This document shows positions 8,977 through 18,817 of a stretch of DNA of 64,000 bases, piece after piece (position 1 is the stretch's first letter; every line of letters begins with the position of its first letter). The notes beneath the pieces are model-generated. The model was not told the origin of the DNA. It was given only the letters and a program-made list of their open reading frames with translations, and did no database searches. Source of the stretch: Polyangiales bacterium (GTDB lineage Bacteria > Myxococcota_A > Polyangia > Polyangiales > Ga0077539); NCBI GenBank assembly GCA_044375895.1, contig JBILLV010000008.1, forward strand, positions 7,599 through 71,598, read 5' to 3'. The position numbers and the translations under genes were made by a program.

Positions 8977-9803
8977 TGGTGGTACCGTCCCGCCGCGTGT
9001 ACCGCCTCCTCCCACTGACGCTGGCACTCGTCGCGTGCGCTCCGTCGCTCACTGCCCGCTGCGACGAGCCGCTCGGCGGGTGTGATCAGCCCGCGGCGCC
9101 GGTGGGCGCGATGACGCTGCGCCAGGTGCGGGAGCGTACGCCGCGGCTCGCGGAGGGCGCTCCCCTCGACGTGCGCGCGGTGACGGTGACGGCCATCGAC
9201 GCCTACGACGAGACGCGCACCGGCCGCACCGGGACGATCTGGGCGCAAGAGATCACCCCCGTCGGCGCGAGCACCGACCGCTTCGCTCCCTGCCCGATGC
9301 TCCCTGACCAGAGCGGGCGCGTGTGCGCGCTGTCGATGTTCACGCCGTCGTTCGCGCCGTCGGGGTACCGACCGGGCGTCGGCGACCTGGTGGACATCGT
9401 GGGCGGCGGGTACGCGGAGTTCACCTGCGCGACGTGCGGGGCGGCCTTCCCTGACGCCAACTTCCTCCCGCAGGCTTCGTTCGCGACGCTGCGGCGCGTG
9501 GGCGTGGCGCCGCCGCACGCGCCCATCCCCGTCACCCTCGACGACATCAACGCGCACTTCCGCGAGCTCATGGGCGTGCTGGTCACCGTGGAGGACGTCA
9601 CCGCGAGCACCGACCCCGACGGGCGCTTCGGCGAGCTCACGCTCACCGGGACGCTCTCCCTCGCCCCGCAGCTCACGCCGCTCACGGGGGCTCGCCGCGG
9701 GACGCACTGGGACCGGGTGACGGGCGTGGTGACGTACTTCTACAACCCGAAGCTGCTGCCGAGGACACCGTCGGATCTGGTCGGGCAGCGCGACCCGTCC
9801 TGA
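8976..9803 (+). CDS. hypothetical lipoprotein
   Basis: Its ATG overlaps the stop of the exonuclease gene (TGATG). Lipobox is LTLALVAC. Composition is protein-like; no family recognised. Confidence 0.6.
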   Translation: MVVPSRRVYRLLPLTLALVACAPSLTARCDEPLGGCDQPAAPVGAMTLRQVRERTPRLAEGAPLDVRAVTVTAIDAYDETRTGRTGTIWAQEITPVGASTDRFAPCPMLPDQSGRVCALSMFTPSFAPSGYRPGVGDLVDIVGGGYAEFTCATCGAAFPDANFLPQASFATLRRVGVAPPHAPIPVTLDDINAHFRELMGVLVTVEDVTASTDPDGRFGELTLTGTLSLAPQLTPLTGARRGTHWDRVTGVVTYFYNPKLLPRTPSDLVGQRDPS

Positions 9804-9811
9804 AGCGGCGA

Positions 9812-10762
9812 CTACTTCGACCGCGCGGCGGCCTTCTTCTTCGGGCGCGCAGCGGCGCTGCCGAACACCTCGGCGAGCGTCGTGGCGGTGGCGGCGCGGT
9901 CGAGCCAGCCGTCGAGCGTCGCCTTGCTCTCACAGGTGAGCACGCGCTTGCGCGCCGCGGCGGTGACGGCGACGCCGCGGCTGGCCAGCACCCGCAGCAG
10001 CGCCTCCGCCTCCCCGCGCTTCTCCCCGCGCTTCTCCCCGCGCTCCTCCCCGCGCTTCTCTCCGAGCTCCTCGAACTTCTCGCGGATGTACTTGTGAACC
10101 GGCCCCTCGGGGATCTTGCTGAAGTCGATCATCATCTTGTGCACCGCCTCACGGAGTGGCCCGTCGAGCATGTTGAAGATCGCGCGGATCGCAGCGTCGC
10201 GCAACGCCTTGGCCTTCGCCGTCTGGGCCGTGGCGAAGGCGCGCTGAACCACCCCCACGGCCTTCGGCCCCCGTTGGTGGTGCACCGCCCACGATGCGAA
10301 CACGGCGAGCTCGGGGCGCCCGGTCGCCAGCAGCCGTTCGGCGACCTCGCGGGTGACGAGGATCACCACGGGCTTCAGGGACAACTCTGTCCCGCGGGGG
10401 CCCACCACCGTCGCGACGCTCCGAGCCCAGCGTGCGGTCGCGCGGGCGTGGGTGACGACGAACACGTCGCCCATCTCCCCACGCTGGTCGAAGAGGGCCG
10501 CGGCGCCGAGGAGCCAGCGCCGCTGCTTGCCATCGTCGTCGTCGCGCTGGAGCTCGATCATCTGCCACGGGCCGCGCTTCTTGCCCTTCTGCAAGAGCAC
10601 GTCGGGGCGAACCTCCACCGGGTCGACGGACCGCACAGCGCTGTCGCCGACGGACAGCCCCGCGGGCATCGGGCCGTGACCCAGCTCGCTCAACAGCGCG
10701 CTGAACCACGCGGGGTTCGAACGGATGACCTCCACCAGGGTCTCGTGCGCAGGACCGGGCAT
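9812..10762 (-). CDS. Rpn/YhgA-like PD-(D/E)xK nuclease-like protein with DUF4351-type C-terminus
   Basis: This is only the C-terminal 316 aa of the 922-aa ORF (ATG at 10762, MPGPAHETLVEV). The core is VRPDVLL...WQMIELQRDDDDGKQRRWL (D...ExQ). The C-terminus is EAEALLRVLASRGVAVTAAARKRVLTCESKATLDGWLDRAATATTLAEVF, typical of DUF4351 tails. The family is multicopy in myxobacteria and cyanobacteria. Confidence 0.75.
   Translation of the reverse strand: MPGPAHETLVEVIRSNPAWFSALLSELGHGPMPAGLSVGDSAVRSVDPVEVRPDVLLQKGKKRGPWQMIELQRDDDDGKQRRWLLGAAALFDQRGEMGDVFVVTHARATARWARSVATVVGPRGTELSLKPVVILVTREVAERLLATGRPELAVFASWAVHHQRGPKAVGVVQRAFATAQTAKAKALRDAAIRAIFNMLDGPLREAVHKMMIDFSKIPEGPVHKYIREKFEELGEKRGEERGEKRGEKRGEAEALLRVLASRGVAVTAAARKRVLTCESKATLDGWLDRAATATTLAEVFGSAAARPKKKAAARSK
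10012..10059. repeat. 12-nt tandem repeat x4 (CCCCGCGCTTCT), in frame, encoding GEKRGEERGEKRGEKRGE
   Basis: Copies at 10012, 10024, 10036 (one mismatch) and 10048, inside the Rpn-like CDS. Confidence 0.9.
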
Positions 10763-10906
10763 GACGCGCTCACGTAGCGGCCCCGCGATACCCGAGCAAG
10801 GGGCCGCGACAACCCGTGGACATTCCCAGGCACTCTGGTGCGACATCCCTCGACGACCAAAGTCCTTGCCGCCTCTCCACGCCCGTCCTAGAGCACCGCC
10901 ACCCTC

Positions 10907-12613
10907 ATGCTCGTCACCCTCACGGCCAACGCCGTCCGCGCCGCCTTCTACCCCCTCCTCCTCATCCGTCGTCGCGCGGTGGTGCCGCGGGGCGCGTGGG
11001 TCGAGCTCACCCTCGACGGGCCCGTCACCGAAATCGAGCGCCCGGCCCATCGCTTCCGCTCGCCGCGGGACATCCTCCTCGGCGGCGCGTCGCAGAAGCC
11101 CCCCACCACCGTCGCCGCCGTCCGCGAACTCTGCGAGGCCATCGCGAAGGACGACGAGGTCGCCGGCCTCCTCCTCACGATCCGCTCGGTGCAGTGCGGG
11201 CACGCCGTCGCGACGAGCCTGCGCGAGGCCTTCGCCGCGCTCCGCGCCGCGGGCAAGCGCGTGGTGGCGTGGCTCCCCGACGGCGCCTCCACCCGCGAGT
11301 ACGTCATCGCCGTCGCGGCGGAGAAGGTCTACGCCACCCCGCAGGCCACCATCGCCCCGCTCGGCGTCGCCGCGGGGACCACCTTCTTCCGCTCGCTCCT
11401 CGCGCGCGGCGGCGTCGAGGCGGAGGTGTTCGCCCGGCGCGAGTACAAGAGCGCCGCCGAGGCATTCACCCGCGACTCGTACTCCGAGGCCAACCGCCGA
11501 CAGATCGAGGCGCTCCTCGACCGCGTTCACGCCGCCACCGTCGACGCCATCGCCATTGGGCGCGGGATGGACGCGGACAAGGCCCGCCACGCCATCGACG
11601 AGGGTCCGTGGCGCGCGCCCGACGCCGTGCGCGAGGGCCTGCTCGACGGGACGGCCTACGACGACGAGCTCGGCGCGCGACTCGGCGCCGACGCGAAGAG
11701 GCGCGTGCCGGCCCCCGCGTACCTCGGGCTCGTGCGCGCGATGCGCTTCGGCGGCGTCGGCCCCGCGCGTCGGGTGGGCGTGGTGGAGGTGCGCGGCCCC
11801 ATCGTCTCCGAGGCCCGCATGGCCTTCGGCGCGGTGGCCGACGCGCGTCGCATCGTCGGCGCCCTCCGCGTCGCCCGCGAGAGCCGCGGGGTCGGGGCGG
11901 TGGTTCTCCACGTCGACACGCGCGGCGGGAGCGCGCTGGCGAGCGACGTCATCGCCCGCGAGGTGGAGCGCCTCCGCGAGGAGAAGCCCGTGGTGGCGTA
12001 CTTCGCCGACGTGGCCGCGTCGGGCGGGTACTACGTCGGCGCGCTCGCCCGCGAGATCGTCGCGCAGCCCCTCACCGTGACGGGCTCCATCGGCGTGATC
12101 GCGCTCCGCCTGACGGCCGCGCGCGCGCTGGAGAAGGTGGGCGTGACGCACGAGGTGATCCGCCGCGGCGAGCGCGCCGACCTCATGTCGCCCTACCGCG
12201 AGCTCAACCAGGGCGACCGCGCCGCCTTCGACCGCGAGATCGACGGCTTCTACAACGACTTCGTGGGCATCGTGGCGCGGGGCCGCGGACGCGACGCGGC
12301 GGAGGTCGAGTCCCTCGCCCGCGGGCGGGTGTACGCCGGCATCGACGCCCACGCCGCGGGCCTCGTCGACCGGCTCGGCGGCCTCGACGTCGCCGTCGCC
12401 CGCGCCCAGACGCTCGACGGCGGTCGCTTCGCGGTCGACCCCGTGGTCATCTCTGCCCCGCGGCACACGCCCGCGCCCGCCGACCCCCCGGCGGCGCTCA
12501 AGGCCGCGCTCGCGGCGCTCGGCGAGGGGAGGGGCTCGCTCGACCTCCTCACGCTGCTCCTGTCGTCGCCCCACGACCACCTCTTCGCGTGGGAGGACGT
12601 CGCGGGCGAGTAG
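10907..12613 (+). CDS. sppA: signal peptide peptidase SppA, 67K type (S49 family, two tandem S49 domains)
   Basis: 568 aa with two ClpP/crotonase-like S49 halves (AGLLLTIRSVQCGHA...; VVLHVDTRGGSALASDVI...ADVAASGGYYVGA...TGSIGV). The C-terminal half carries the catalytic Ser context. Confidence 0.85.
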   Translation: MLVTLTANAVRAAFYPLLLIRRRAVVPRGAWVELTLDGPVTEIERPAHRFRSPRDILLGGASQKPPTTVAAVRELCEAIAKDDEVAGLLLTIRSVQCGHAVATSLREAFAALRAAGKRVVAWLPDGASTREYVIAVAAEKVYATPQATIAPLGVAAGTTFFRSLLARGGVEAEVFARREYKSAAEAFTRDSYSEANRRQIEALLDRVHAATVDAIAIGRGMDADKARHAIDEGPWRAPDAVREGLLDGTAYDDELGARLGADAKRRVPAPAYLGLVRAMRFGGVGPARRVGVVEVRGPIVSEARMAFGAVADARRIVGALRVARESRGVGAVVLHVDTRGGSALASDVIAREVERLREEKPVVAYFADVAASGGYYVGALAREIVAQPLTVTGSIGVIALRLTAARALEKVGVTHEVIRRGERADLMSPYRELNQGDRAAFDREIDGFYNDFVGIVARGRGRDAAEVESLARGRVYAGIDAHAAGLVDRLGGLDVAVARAQTLDGGRFAVDPVVISAPRHTPAPADPPAALKAALAALGEGRGSLDLLTLLLSSPHDHLFAWEDVAGE

Positions 12614-12617
12614 CGCG

Positions 12618-13472
12618 CTACGGCAGCTCGCGGGCGAAGCGGACGATGCGCGCGGCGAGGGCGGCGGGGTCGTCGAAGTGCGGGCAGTGACCCACGCCGT
12701 CGGGCTCCTCGATCACGGCGTGGGCCGGGAGGTGCGTGCGGAACCACGTCAGCCCTGACGCCGGCAGCAGCCGCTCGGAGCGCCCCCAGAGGAAGAGGGT
12801 CGGCGGGGTGAGCGAGGCGAGCTCCTCGGGCGACGGGGCCTGTTCGGGGCGGGCTCCGTCGAGGATCTCCTGCACCGCGCGGCCCCGGAGGCGCTCGCGG
12901 ATGCTGCCCGCGAGCAGCGGGATGAACCACGGCGGGCGGTGGTAGAGGCGCCCGAGGAAGGCGACGGCGTCGGCGCGCGTGTCGAGGGAGAAGGTGCGGC
13001 GGACGTCTTCGAGCTCGTCGTCGGCGAAGCGCGCGCCGGCGGGCGACACCAGCACGAGGCCGCGGAGCTTCGCGGGGCGGTCGAGCGCGTAACGCAGCGC
13101 GATGGCGCCGCCGAGCGAGTTGCCGCAGAGGATGGCGGGCTCGTCGATGACGTGGTCGAGCGCCTCGCGCATCGCGTCGAACACCACTTCGGGGGTGAGC
13201 CGCACGGTGGGGGCGTCGCTGAACCCGTGGCCGGGGAGCTCGGGGGCGACCACGCGGCGGACGTGCGGGCGGACGCGCGCCAGCACCGGGCCAAAGGGCG
13301 TCGCCGCGGAGCCGAGGCCGTGCACCATCACCACCGGCGGGAGCGATCCGTGGCCGGGGGCGTCGTAGACGTGGAGGTCGGCGTGGGCGGTGCGTACCGT
13401 TCGGCTGGCGAAGCCGCGGCGGCGGAGGACGGCGCGGCCGGCGTGCTCGGCGAGGCTGAGGAGCGAGGGCAT
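12618..13472 (-). CDS. alpha/beta-fold hydrolase
   Basis: The oxyanion region is VVMVHGLGS, the nucleophile elbow is GNSLGG and the C-terminal His is GHCPHFDDP. Confidence 0.85.
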   Translation of the reverse strand: MPSLLSLAEHAGRAVLRRRGFASRTVRTAHADLHVYDAPGHGSLPPVVMVHGLGSAATPFGPVLARVRPHVRRVVAPELPGHGFSDAPTVRLTPEVVFDAMREALDHVIDEPAILCGNSLGGAIALRYALDRPAKLRGLVLVSPAGARFADDELEDVRRTFSLDTRADAVAFLGRLYHRPPWFIPLLAGSIRERLRGRAVQEILDGARPEQAPSPEELASLTPPTLFLWGRSERLLPASGLTWFRTHLPAHAVIEEPDGVGHCPHFDDPAALAARIVRFARELP

Positions 13473-13485
13473 CTCGCCGCGGAGT

Positions 13486-14043
13486 CTACATCCGCCGCGC
13501 GTCGAAGTTGTAGGTGACCTCGCAGGGGAGCTGCGAATACTGCCCCTTCGCCGCCCCGATGATGGCCCGACAGTCGCCCGCCGCCACCCCGTACACGATG
13601 GTCTCCGTCGCGCGGAACGAACGGGCCAGCGGCGCGCCGCCGTCCGGGGTGCTGGCGTCGACGTTGGCGCCGCCGTCGGACTCCAGCTCGACGGTCCCCT
13701 CGATCACGTCGCTGCGTCGGAGCATGCAGCCGACGATCTCGCGGCGGCGGTCGGGCGCCCACGCGACGATGTCTTCTTCGAGGAGCACCCGAAACGAGCG
13801 CGACGGTCCGCTCCACAAACCCCGCGTCGCCGACGACCCGACGGGGCCCCAGGAGAAGCCGCCTTCGCCCGTGAGCTGGAGGATCACGTCGAACTCCGCG
13901 CGCGACAGGTACGCGTTGGACTGCGGGCCGCAGGTGGCGCTCTGGCGCGTGGCGACGACGCGGAAGCGGCCGAGCTCCACGGGGCTCTGACCGTCGCAGG
14001 CGCAGAGGAGCGCGAACACACCGAGGGCGCGGCGGAGGATCAT
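13486..14043 (-). CDS. hypothetical lipoprotein
   Basis: ATG at 14043 gives MILRRALGVFALLCAC (lipobox). The rest of the 982-aa ORF is out of frame over ComEC and is rejected. Confidence 0.6.
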   Translation of the reverse strand: MILRRALGVFALLCACDGQSPVELGRFRVVATRQSATCGPQSNAYLSRAEFDVILQLTGEGGFSWGPVGSSATRGLWSGPSRSFRVLLEEDIVAWAPDRRREIVGCMLRRSDVIEGTVELESDGGANVDASTPDGGAPLARSFRATETIVYGVAAGDCRAIIGAAKGQYSQLPCEVTYNFDARRM

Positions 14044-14093
14044 GGAGAGGGGCCGTAGCGGATCGCGCGCGCCGGGGGCAACTTTCCGACACG

Positions 14094-16421
14094 TCACTCC
14101 GCGCGCCCGTCGGCGTGGAGCGTCACGGTGACCGCGCCCGCGAGGTCGGTGCGCCGGACGGCGACGCCGCGCGCGCGGAGGCGTTCGAGCACCTCGGGGT
14201 GCGGGTGGCCGAAGGGGGAGGGGTGCCCGCAGCTCACGAGCGCCACGCGCGGGCGGAGCGCGTCGAGCCACGCGTCGGTCGTCGACGTGCGGCTCCCGTG
14301 GTGGCCCACCTTCAGCACGCTCACGGGACGCATCGACGCCAGCAGCGCCGCCTCGCCGTCGCGCTCCAGGTCGCCCGGCAGGAGCACGCTCGCGCGCCCC
14401 CACGTCACCCGCAGCACGAACGACGCGTCGTTGGGCGGCGTCTCGTCGCGCGCGCTGGGGCACGGGGACAGCACCTCCATCGTCACGCCGTGAAACCGCC
14501 AGGGCGACCCGCAGAGCGACGACGGACCGCGCACCCGCACGCCGCGCCGACGGGCGGTCGCGAGGGTGTCGGCGTAGAAGCCCGCGTAGCCCAGCGCCGT
14601 CCCCTGGCCCGTGTCCCACAGCTCGCCGACGCGCACCGCGCCGAGCACCGCGGGGAGGCCGCCCCCGTGGTCGGGGTGCGGGTGCGACAACACCACGGCC
14701 GCGAGCTCGGCGCGCCGTTGCAGCGCCAGCCACGGGGCCACCACGTGCTCGCCCGGGTCGGGTCCGCCCGTGATGGCGCCGCCCGCGTCCACCAGCATCG
14801 CGGCGCCGTCGGGGAGCTCGACGAAGATCGCGTCGCCCTGGCCCACGTCGAGCGCCGTCACCCGCAGCACGCCGCGGGGGTGGAGCCCGTGGCGGTGGTG
14901 CAGCTCCAGCGCCCCCAGCGTCGCCGCGCACAGCAGCGCGATGAGGGACTGGGTGCGGGTTCGTCTGCCGCACGCGACGACGGCGAACACCGTCGCCACG
15001 ACCCACTGGGCGGGCGTCGGCGTCGGGAGCGTCACCGACGCGAGCGGCAGGCGCATGGCCGCCGACGGGAGCGCGAAGAGCGACTCCAGCAGTGCGCCCA
15101 CGAGCGCGCCGGGCGGGCCGAGCGCCCACGACGGGAGCACCGCGCCCGCGAGCGCCGCGACGAGGACGGCGGGCAGAAGGAGCGCCTCGCCCACGGGTGC
15201 AGCGACGGCGTTGAGCGCGATGGCGGAGAGGGGCGCGCGACCGAAGTGCCACGCGAGCGCGGGGGTGACGGCGACGCTCACGCGGAAGCTCGCGGCGAGG
15301 GCGGCGGCGAGCTCGTGGCGGAGGTACGGGCCGAGCCCTTCGGCGGGTGGTTGCTCGTCGCGCGAGCCGCGGGCGAGGGCCCACGCGGCGCCGACGGAGA
15401 GCACCCAGCCCACGTCGGTGACGAGCACCGGATCGACCGCGGCCATCGCGAGGGCGACGAGCGCGACGACGGCCTCGCCCCGCGCTCGCCGGCCCGCGAG
15501 CGATGCGACCGTGCTCACGAGGGCGGTGAGCAGCGCGCGCAACGACGACGGCGCCTCGCCCGTCACCAGGATGAAGAACCCCACCAGCGGGAGCGGGAGC
15601 GCGGCGGCGATCCGCGGGGCGAGCCCCTCCGTCGCGAGACGACGGACGCGCAGGGCGAGCGCGCGCAACACGAAGCCCACCAGCCCGAGGAGGAGCGAGA
15701 CGTGAGCGCCCGACACCGCGAGCAGGTGGGCCATGCCCGTCTCGCGGAAGGCGGCCTGCTCGTCGCGGCGCATCCCCGAGCGGTCGCCGAAGAGCAGCGC
15801 GCGCGCCCGCGACGCGTGGGCGGGCTGGAGCGAGCGGGCGAGGGCGCGCTCCGTCCGTTGTCGCACCCGCAGCGCGAGGGTGCGGAGCGCGTCGAGGGGG
15901 CCCGCGTGACGCCCCACCACGCCGCAGGATGAGGCGTCGGCGGTCCAGCGAACGCCGCGGAGGACGGGCGTGCGCTCGGGCGGGTCGCGCGGCGCATTGC
16001 GCACGGGGACGAGCGGCCGGACGGTCATCGCGGCTTCGACGAGGTCGCCGGGGGTGGCGAGGCAGCGGCCGGGCGGGAGGCGCACCGCGACGAGGCCCCA
16101 CGCGGGCATGTCGACGACGCAGCGGTCGTGGTCGCCGTCGCCCGCGCAGCCCTGCACCACCTTGCCCTGCAAGAGCTCGGCGTCCGCCACGGGGACGCGT
16201 GTCCACGTGGGGAGCGTGAGGGAGGCGCGGCGCGAGGCCCCCGCCAGGAGGGCCGCGGCCAGTAGGAGCACCGCGCCGAGCGCGCGATGGCGTCGGGCGA
16301 CGAGCGGCCCGGCGAGCGCGAGGGCGACGGCGAGCGAGGCGGCGGTCACCACGTCGGGAGACGACGGGAGCGCGAGGCCCAGGAGGAAGGAGAGGGCGAC
16401 AAGGGGGAGCGGTCCGTTCAC
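14094..16421 (-). CDS. comEC: ComEC/Rec2 DNA-internalisation-related competence protein with C-terminal metallo-beta-lactamase domain
   Basis: Competence-domain motif is FRETGMAHLLAVSGAHVSLL. It is polytopic. The MBL domain has LDVGQGDAIFVE, SHPHPDHGGG and VGHHGS. Start is assigned to the GTG at 16421 (VNGPLPLVALSFLL), because no ATG lies in frame between it and the kinase stop. Confidence 0.85.
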   Translation of the reverse strand: MNGPLPLVALSFLLGLALPSSPDVVTAASLAVALALAGPLVARRHRALGAVLLLAAALLAGASRRASLTLPTWTRVPVADAELLQGKVVQGCAGDGDHDRCVVDMPAWGLVAVRLPPGRCLATPGDLVEAAMTVRPLVPVRNAPRDPPERTPVLRGVRWTADASSCGVVGRHAGPLDALRTLALRVRQRTERALARSLQPAHASRARALLFGDRSGMRRDEQAAFRETGMAHLLAVSGAHVSLLLGLVGFVLRALALRVRRLATEGLAPRIAAALPLPLVGFFILVTGEAPSSLRALLTALVSTVASLAGRRARGEAVVALVALAMAAVDPVLVTDVGWVLSVGAAWALARGSRDEQPPAEGLGPYLRHELAAALAASFRVSVAVTPALAWHFGRAPLSAIALNAVAAPVGEALLLPAVLVAALAGAVLPSWALGPPGALVGALLESLFALPSAAMRLPLASVTLPTPTPAQWVVATVFAVVACGRRTRTQSLIALLCAATLGALELHHRHGLHPRGVLRVTALDVGQGDAIFVELPDGAAMLVDAGGAITGGPDPGEHVVAPWLALQRRAELAAVVLSHPHPDHGGGLPAVLGAVRVGELWDTGQGTALGYAGFYADTLATARRRGVRVRGPSSLCGSPWRFHGVTMEVLSPCPSARDETPPNDASFVLRVTWGRASVLLPGDLERDGEAALLASMRPVSVLKVGHHGSRTSTTDAWLDALRPRVALVSCGHPSPFGHPHPEVLERLRARGVAVRRTDLAGAVTVTLHADGRAE

Positions 16422-16534
16422 GGAGGGTGCCCACTCATGGAGCGTGCCGTGCGGGAAATGAAGGCAAACGCGGGGTGGCGGCGGGGTGGCGGCGGTGGCG
16501 GCCGCCAGTGGCGGCGGGTGGCGGGTGGCGGCGG

Positions 16535-18385
16535 TCAGCGCGGGCCGTCGGGGACGATCTGGCGGAGCTGCCAGGCGAAGACGTGGAGGCGCAGCGAGGC
16601 GTCGGCGAAGGCGTCGCGGATGCGCCAGAAGAGGCGCGTGGAGGTGATCAGCGTGGCGAGGTGGATCGCGAGGATGCCGACGAAGGTGAGGGTGGGCGGG
16701 AGGTCGGTCATCTGCGGCGTGAGCACGACGGTGTTGTCGCGGAAGATGTACGACGGGGCGATGAGGCCCGAGACGTCCGCGAGCGCGGGCGCGAGCATCC
16801 CCGCGGCGCCGATGGCGAGGAAGACGATGCGCCGCTTGCGGTCGGGCATCATCGCGAAGGGGGCCGCGCAGGCCACGATCGCCGCGGGGACGAGCATGAA
16901 GGGGCCGAACAGCCGCGACGACGACACGATGCCGAGGACGGTGAGCGCCATGAGCGTGTACTGGCCGCCGAAGCGGAAGCGCCCGCCCCGCGAGAACCAC
17001 CAGCTCAGCGCCCCCGCGGCGGCGATGAAGAGGGCCGCGAGCGCGAGCGGCACCCAGTCGCGCACGCCGAGCAGGAAGGCGCTCGGCACGAAGAGGAGCC
17101 AGGTGACGTACGCGCGGATGCCGCCGCGGGCGCCCGAGCGGAGCTGCGCGTCCTCCTCGGCGGCGAGGCGGGCCTTCACCTCCGCGGGGACGTCTCGGGG
17201 CGGCGCGAGCAGCAGGCGGACGAAGGTGCGGAGCGCGTCGTGGTTCTCGGCGTCGAGGGCGAGGGCGCGGCCGACGTCGCGCAGGGCCTCGACGCGCTGC
17301 GGCTCGTCGCCTGCGAGGACGCGCTCGGTGGCCTTCGAAGCCGACGCGGCGAGCTCGGAGGCGAGCGCGCGGCGGCGGGCGACGTCGCGGTCGCCGTCGA
17401 GGTAGTGCTCCAGCGCCTCGCGCATCGCCTGGGCGCTCGCGAGGCGCTTCGTGCGGTCGCGCGTGAGGGCGTCGCGGCAGAGGGCGTCGAGCTCGGGGGC
17501 GACGTCCTGCGCGGGCGCCGCCTCTGAGGGCCGGGGCGCGTCGCCCGTGAGGGTGGAGGCCATGAGGGCCTCGACGGTGTCGCCCGCGTGCAGCGGTCGC
17601 AGCGTGAGCACTTCGTAGAGGATCGCGCCGAGGGCGTAGACGTCCGCGCGTCCGTCGAGGTCGGTGACGGCCATGAGCTGCTCGGGGGCCATGTAGCCGG
17701 GCGTCCCGACGATGGCGCCCTGGGCGGTCTGGCGGGCCGCAGAGACGGGCGCCTGGACGCGCTCGGATGGGTCGGCGGCGGGGTCGTCGACGAGGCGGGC
17801 GATGCCCCAGTCGAGCACGTACACCTCGCCGAAATCGCCGAGCATGACGTTGGCGGGCTTGAGGTCGCGGTGGACGACGCCGCGCGCGTGGGCGTAGGCG
17901 ACGGCGCCGCAGACGGTGCTGAGGTCGGCGAGGATGCGGCGGCGCGTCCAGCGCTTGCGGGCCTCGTCGTCGCCCGCGCGGAGGGCCTCGAGGATGGACT
18001 CGAGCGTGTGGCCGCGGACGCGCTTCATGGTGAAGTAGGTGGCCCCGTCGGCGCCGAGGCCGATGTCGTACACGGGGACGATGCACGGGTGCTCGAGCTG
18101 CCCCTGGATGCGCGCCTCGCGGAGAAAGCGCTCGCGCATCGCCTCGTCGCCGCCGTGGACGGGGCGGACGACCTTCATCGCGAGCTCGCGGCCGACGCGG
18201 CGGTCGCGGCAGGTGCGCACCTCGCCCATGCCGCCCTCGCCGAGGAGGTCGCCGACGCGGTAGCGGGTGGCGTGGCCCGCGTCGTCGAGGGTGGTGGCCT
18301 CCAGGTTGACCCGCGCGGCGCTGGGTGAGGCGGAGGCGTGGAGGGGGTCGCGGCGGAGCGTGGGGGCGTCTTCGCGGACGGTCAT
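16535..18385 (-). CDS. Ser/Thr protein kinase with C-terminal multi-pass membrane domain
   Basis: Motifs are GEGGMGEV, AMK, HRDLKPANVML, DWGIA and GTPGYMAPEQ. The C-terminal half has several hydrophobic helices. The start could be 18385 (MTVRED) or 18490. Confidence 0.9.
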   Translation of the reverse strand: MTVREDAPTLRRDPLHASASPSAARVNLEATTLDDAGHATRYRVGDLLGEGGMGEVRTCRDRRVGRELAMKVVRPVHGGDEAMRERFLREARIQGQLEHPCIVPVYDIGLGADGATYFTMKRVRGHTLESILEALRAGDDEARKRWTRRRILADLSTVCGAVAYAHARGVVHRDLKPANVMLGDFGEVYVLDWGIARLVDDPAADPSERVQAPVSAARQTAQGAIVGTPGYMAPEQLMAVTDLDGRADVYALGAILYEVLTLRPLHAGDTVEALMASTLTGDAPRPSEAAPAQDVAPELDALCRDALTRDRTKRLASAQAMREALEHYLDGDRDVARRRALASELAASASKATERVLAGDEPQRVEALRDVGRALALDAENHDALRTFVRLLLAPPRDVPAEVKARLAAEEDAQLRSGARGGIRAYVTWLLFVPSAFLLGVRDWVPLALAALFIAAAGALSWWFSRGGRFRFGGQYTLMALTVLGIVSSSRLFGPFMLVPAAIVACAAPFAMMPDRKRRIVFLAIGAAGMLAPALADVSGLIAPSYIFRDNTVVLTPQMTDLPPTLTFVGILAIHLATLITSTRLFWRIRDAFADASLRLHVFAWQLRQIVPDGPR

Positions 18386-18499
18386 GGCGTGCGGAGGATA
18401 GGGCGGGAGGCGCCGTCGCTGCGAGGGGCGTGCGTGGGGGGAAGCAGTAGCGCGCGGCCCTCCGTTGCCTGCGCCGTCCCGCGTCGGCATATTGCGGCC

Positions 18500-18817
18500 A
18501 TGACCCAGGCGCAGCCCGACTCAACCGAGGCAACAAAGGGCCGTGAGGCCCTGGTGGTGTACCGGAGCCTGGACGGGACCGGCGCGACCTACGCGCTGGA
18601 GCGGCGTACACGTGAGCGCGTACGGGCGTTTGCACAGTTCGCCGCGCTGCCTCCCAGGGTGTTCATCGCGCAGGAGAGCGGCACGGATTACGAGCGCGTG
18701 CACGGCACCGTCCGCGGCCTCGTGGTGCAGATGCTGACGGGACTCTCGAAGGACCGCCTGGAGAGCATCGGCCCGGTCGAGTTTGTCGACCCGGTCACGG
18801 AGCAGAGGCTGGACTGA
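18500..18817 (+). CDS. hypothetical small protein (105 aa)
   Basis: ATG at 18500 (MTQAQPDSTEATKGREALVVYRSLDG). Codon pattern is coding-like but less GC3-biased than the neighbours. The 3' end overlaps the convergent nuclease-like gene by 23 nt. Confidence 0.5.
   Translation: MTQAQPDSTEATKGREALVVYRSLDGTGATYALERRTRERVRAFAQFAALPPRVFIAQESGTDYERVHGTVRGLVVQMLTGLSKDRLESIGPVEFVDPVTEQRLD

Noticed and set aside
10763-12580. N-terminal 606 aa of the 922-aa minus-strand ORF 9812-12580
   Set aside because: Arg/Gly/Ala/Asp-rich low-complexity translation lying exactly antisense to the well-supported SppA gene. Only the last 316 codons (from the ATG at 10762) look like a real protein.
16422-18635. Upstream half of the 1513-aa ORF 14094-18635, and the 982-aa ORF 13486-16434
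   Set aside because: These stretches overlap the Ser/Thr kinase and ComEC genes in other frames and translate to Pro/Arg/Ala-rich junk. No credible start or motifs. This is the typical open antisense or off-frame reading seen in high-GC DNA.
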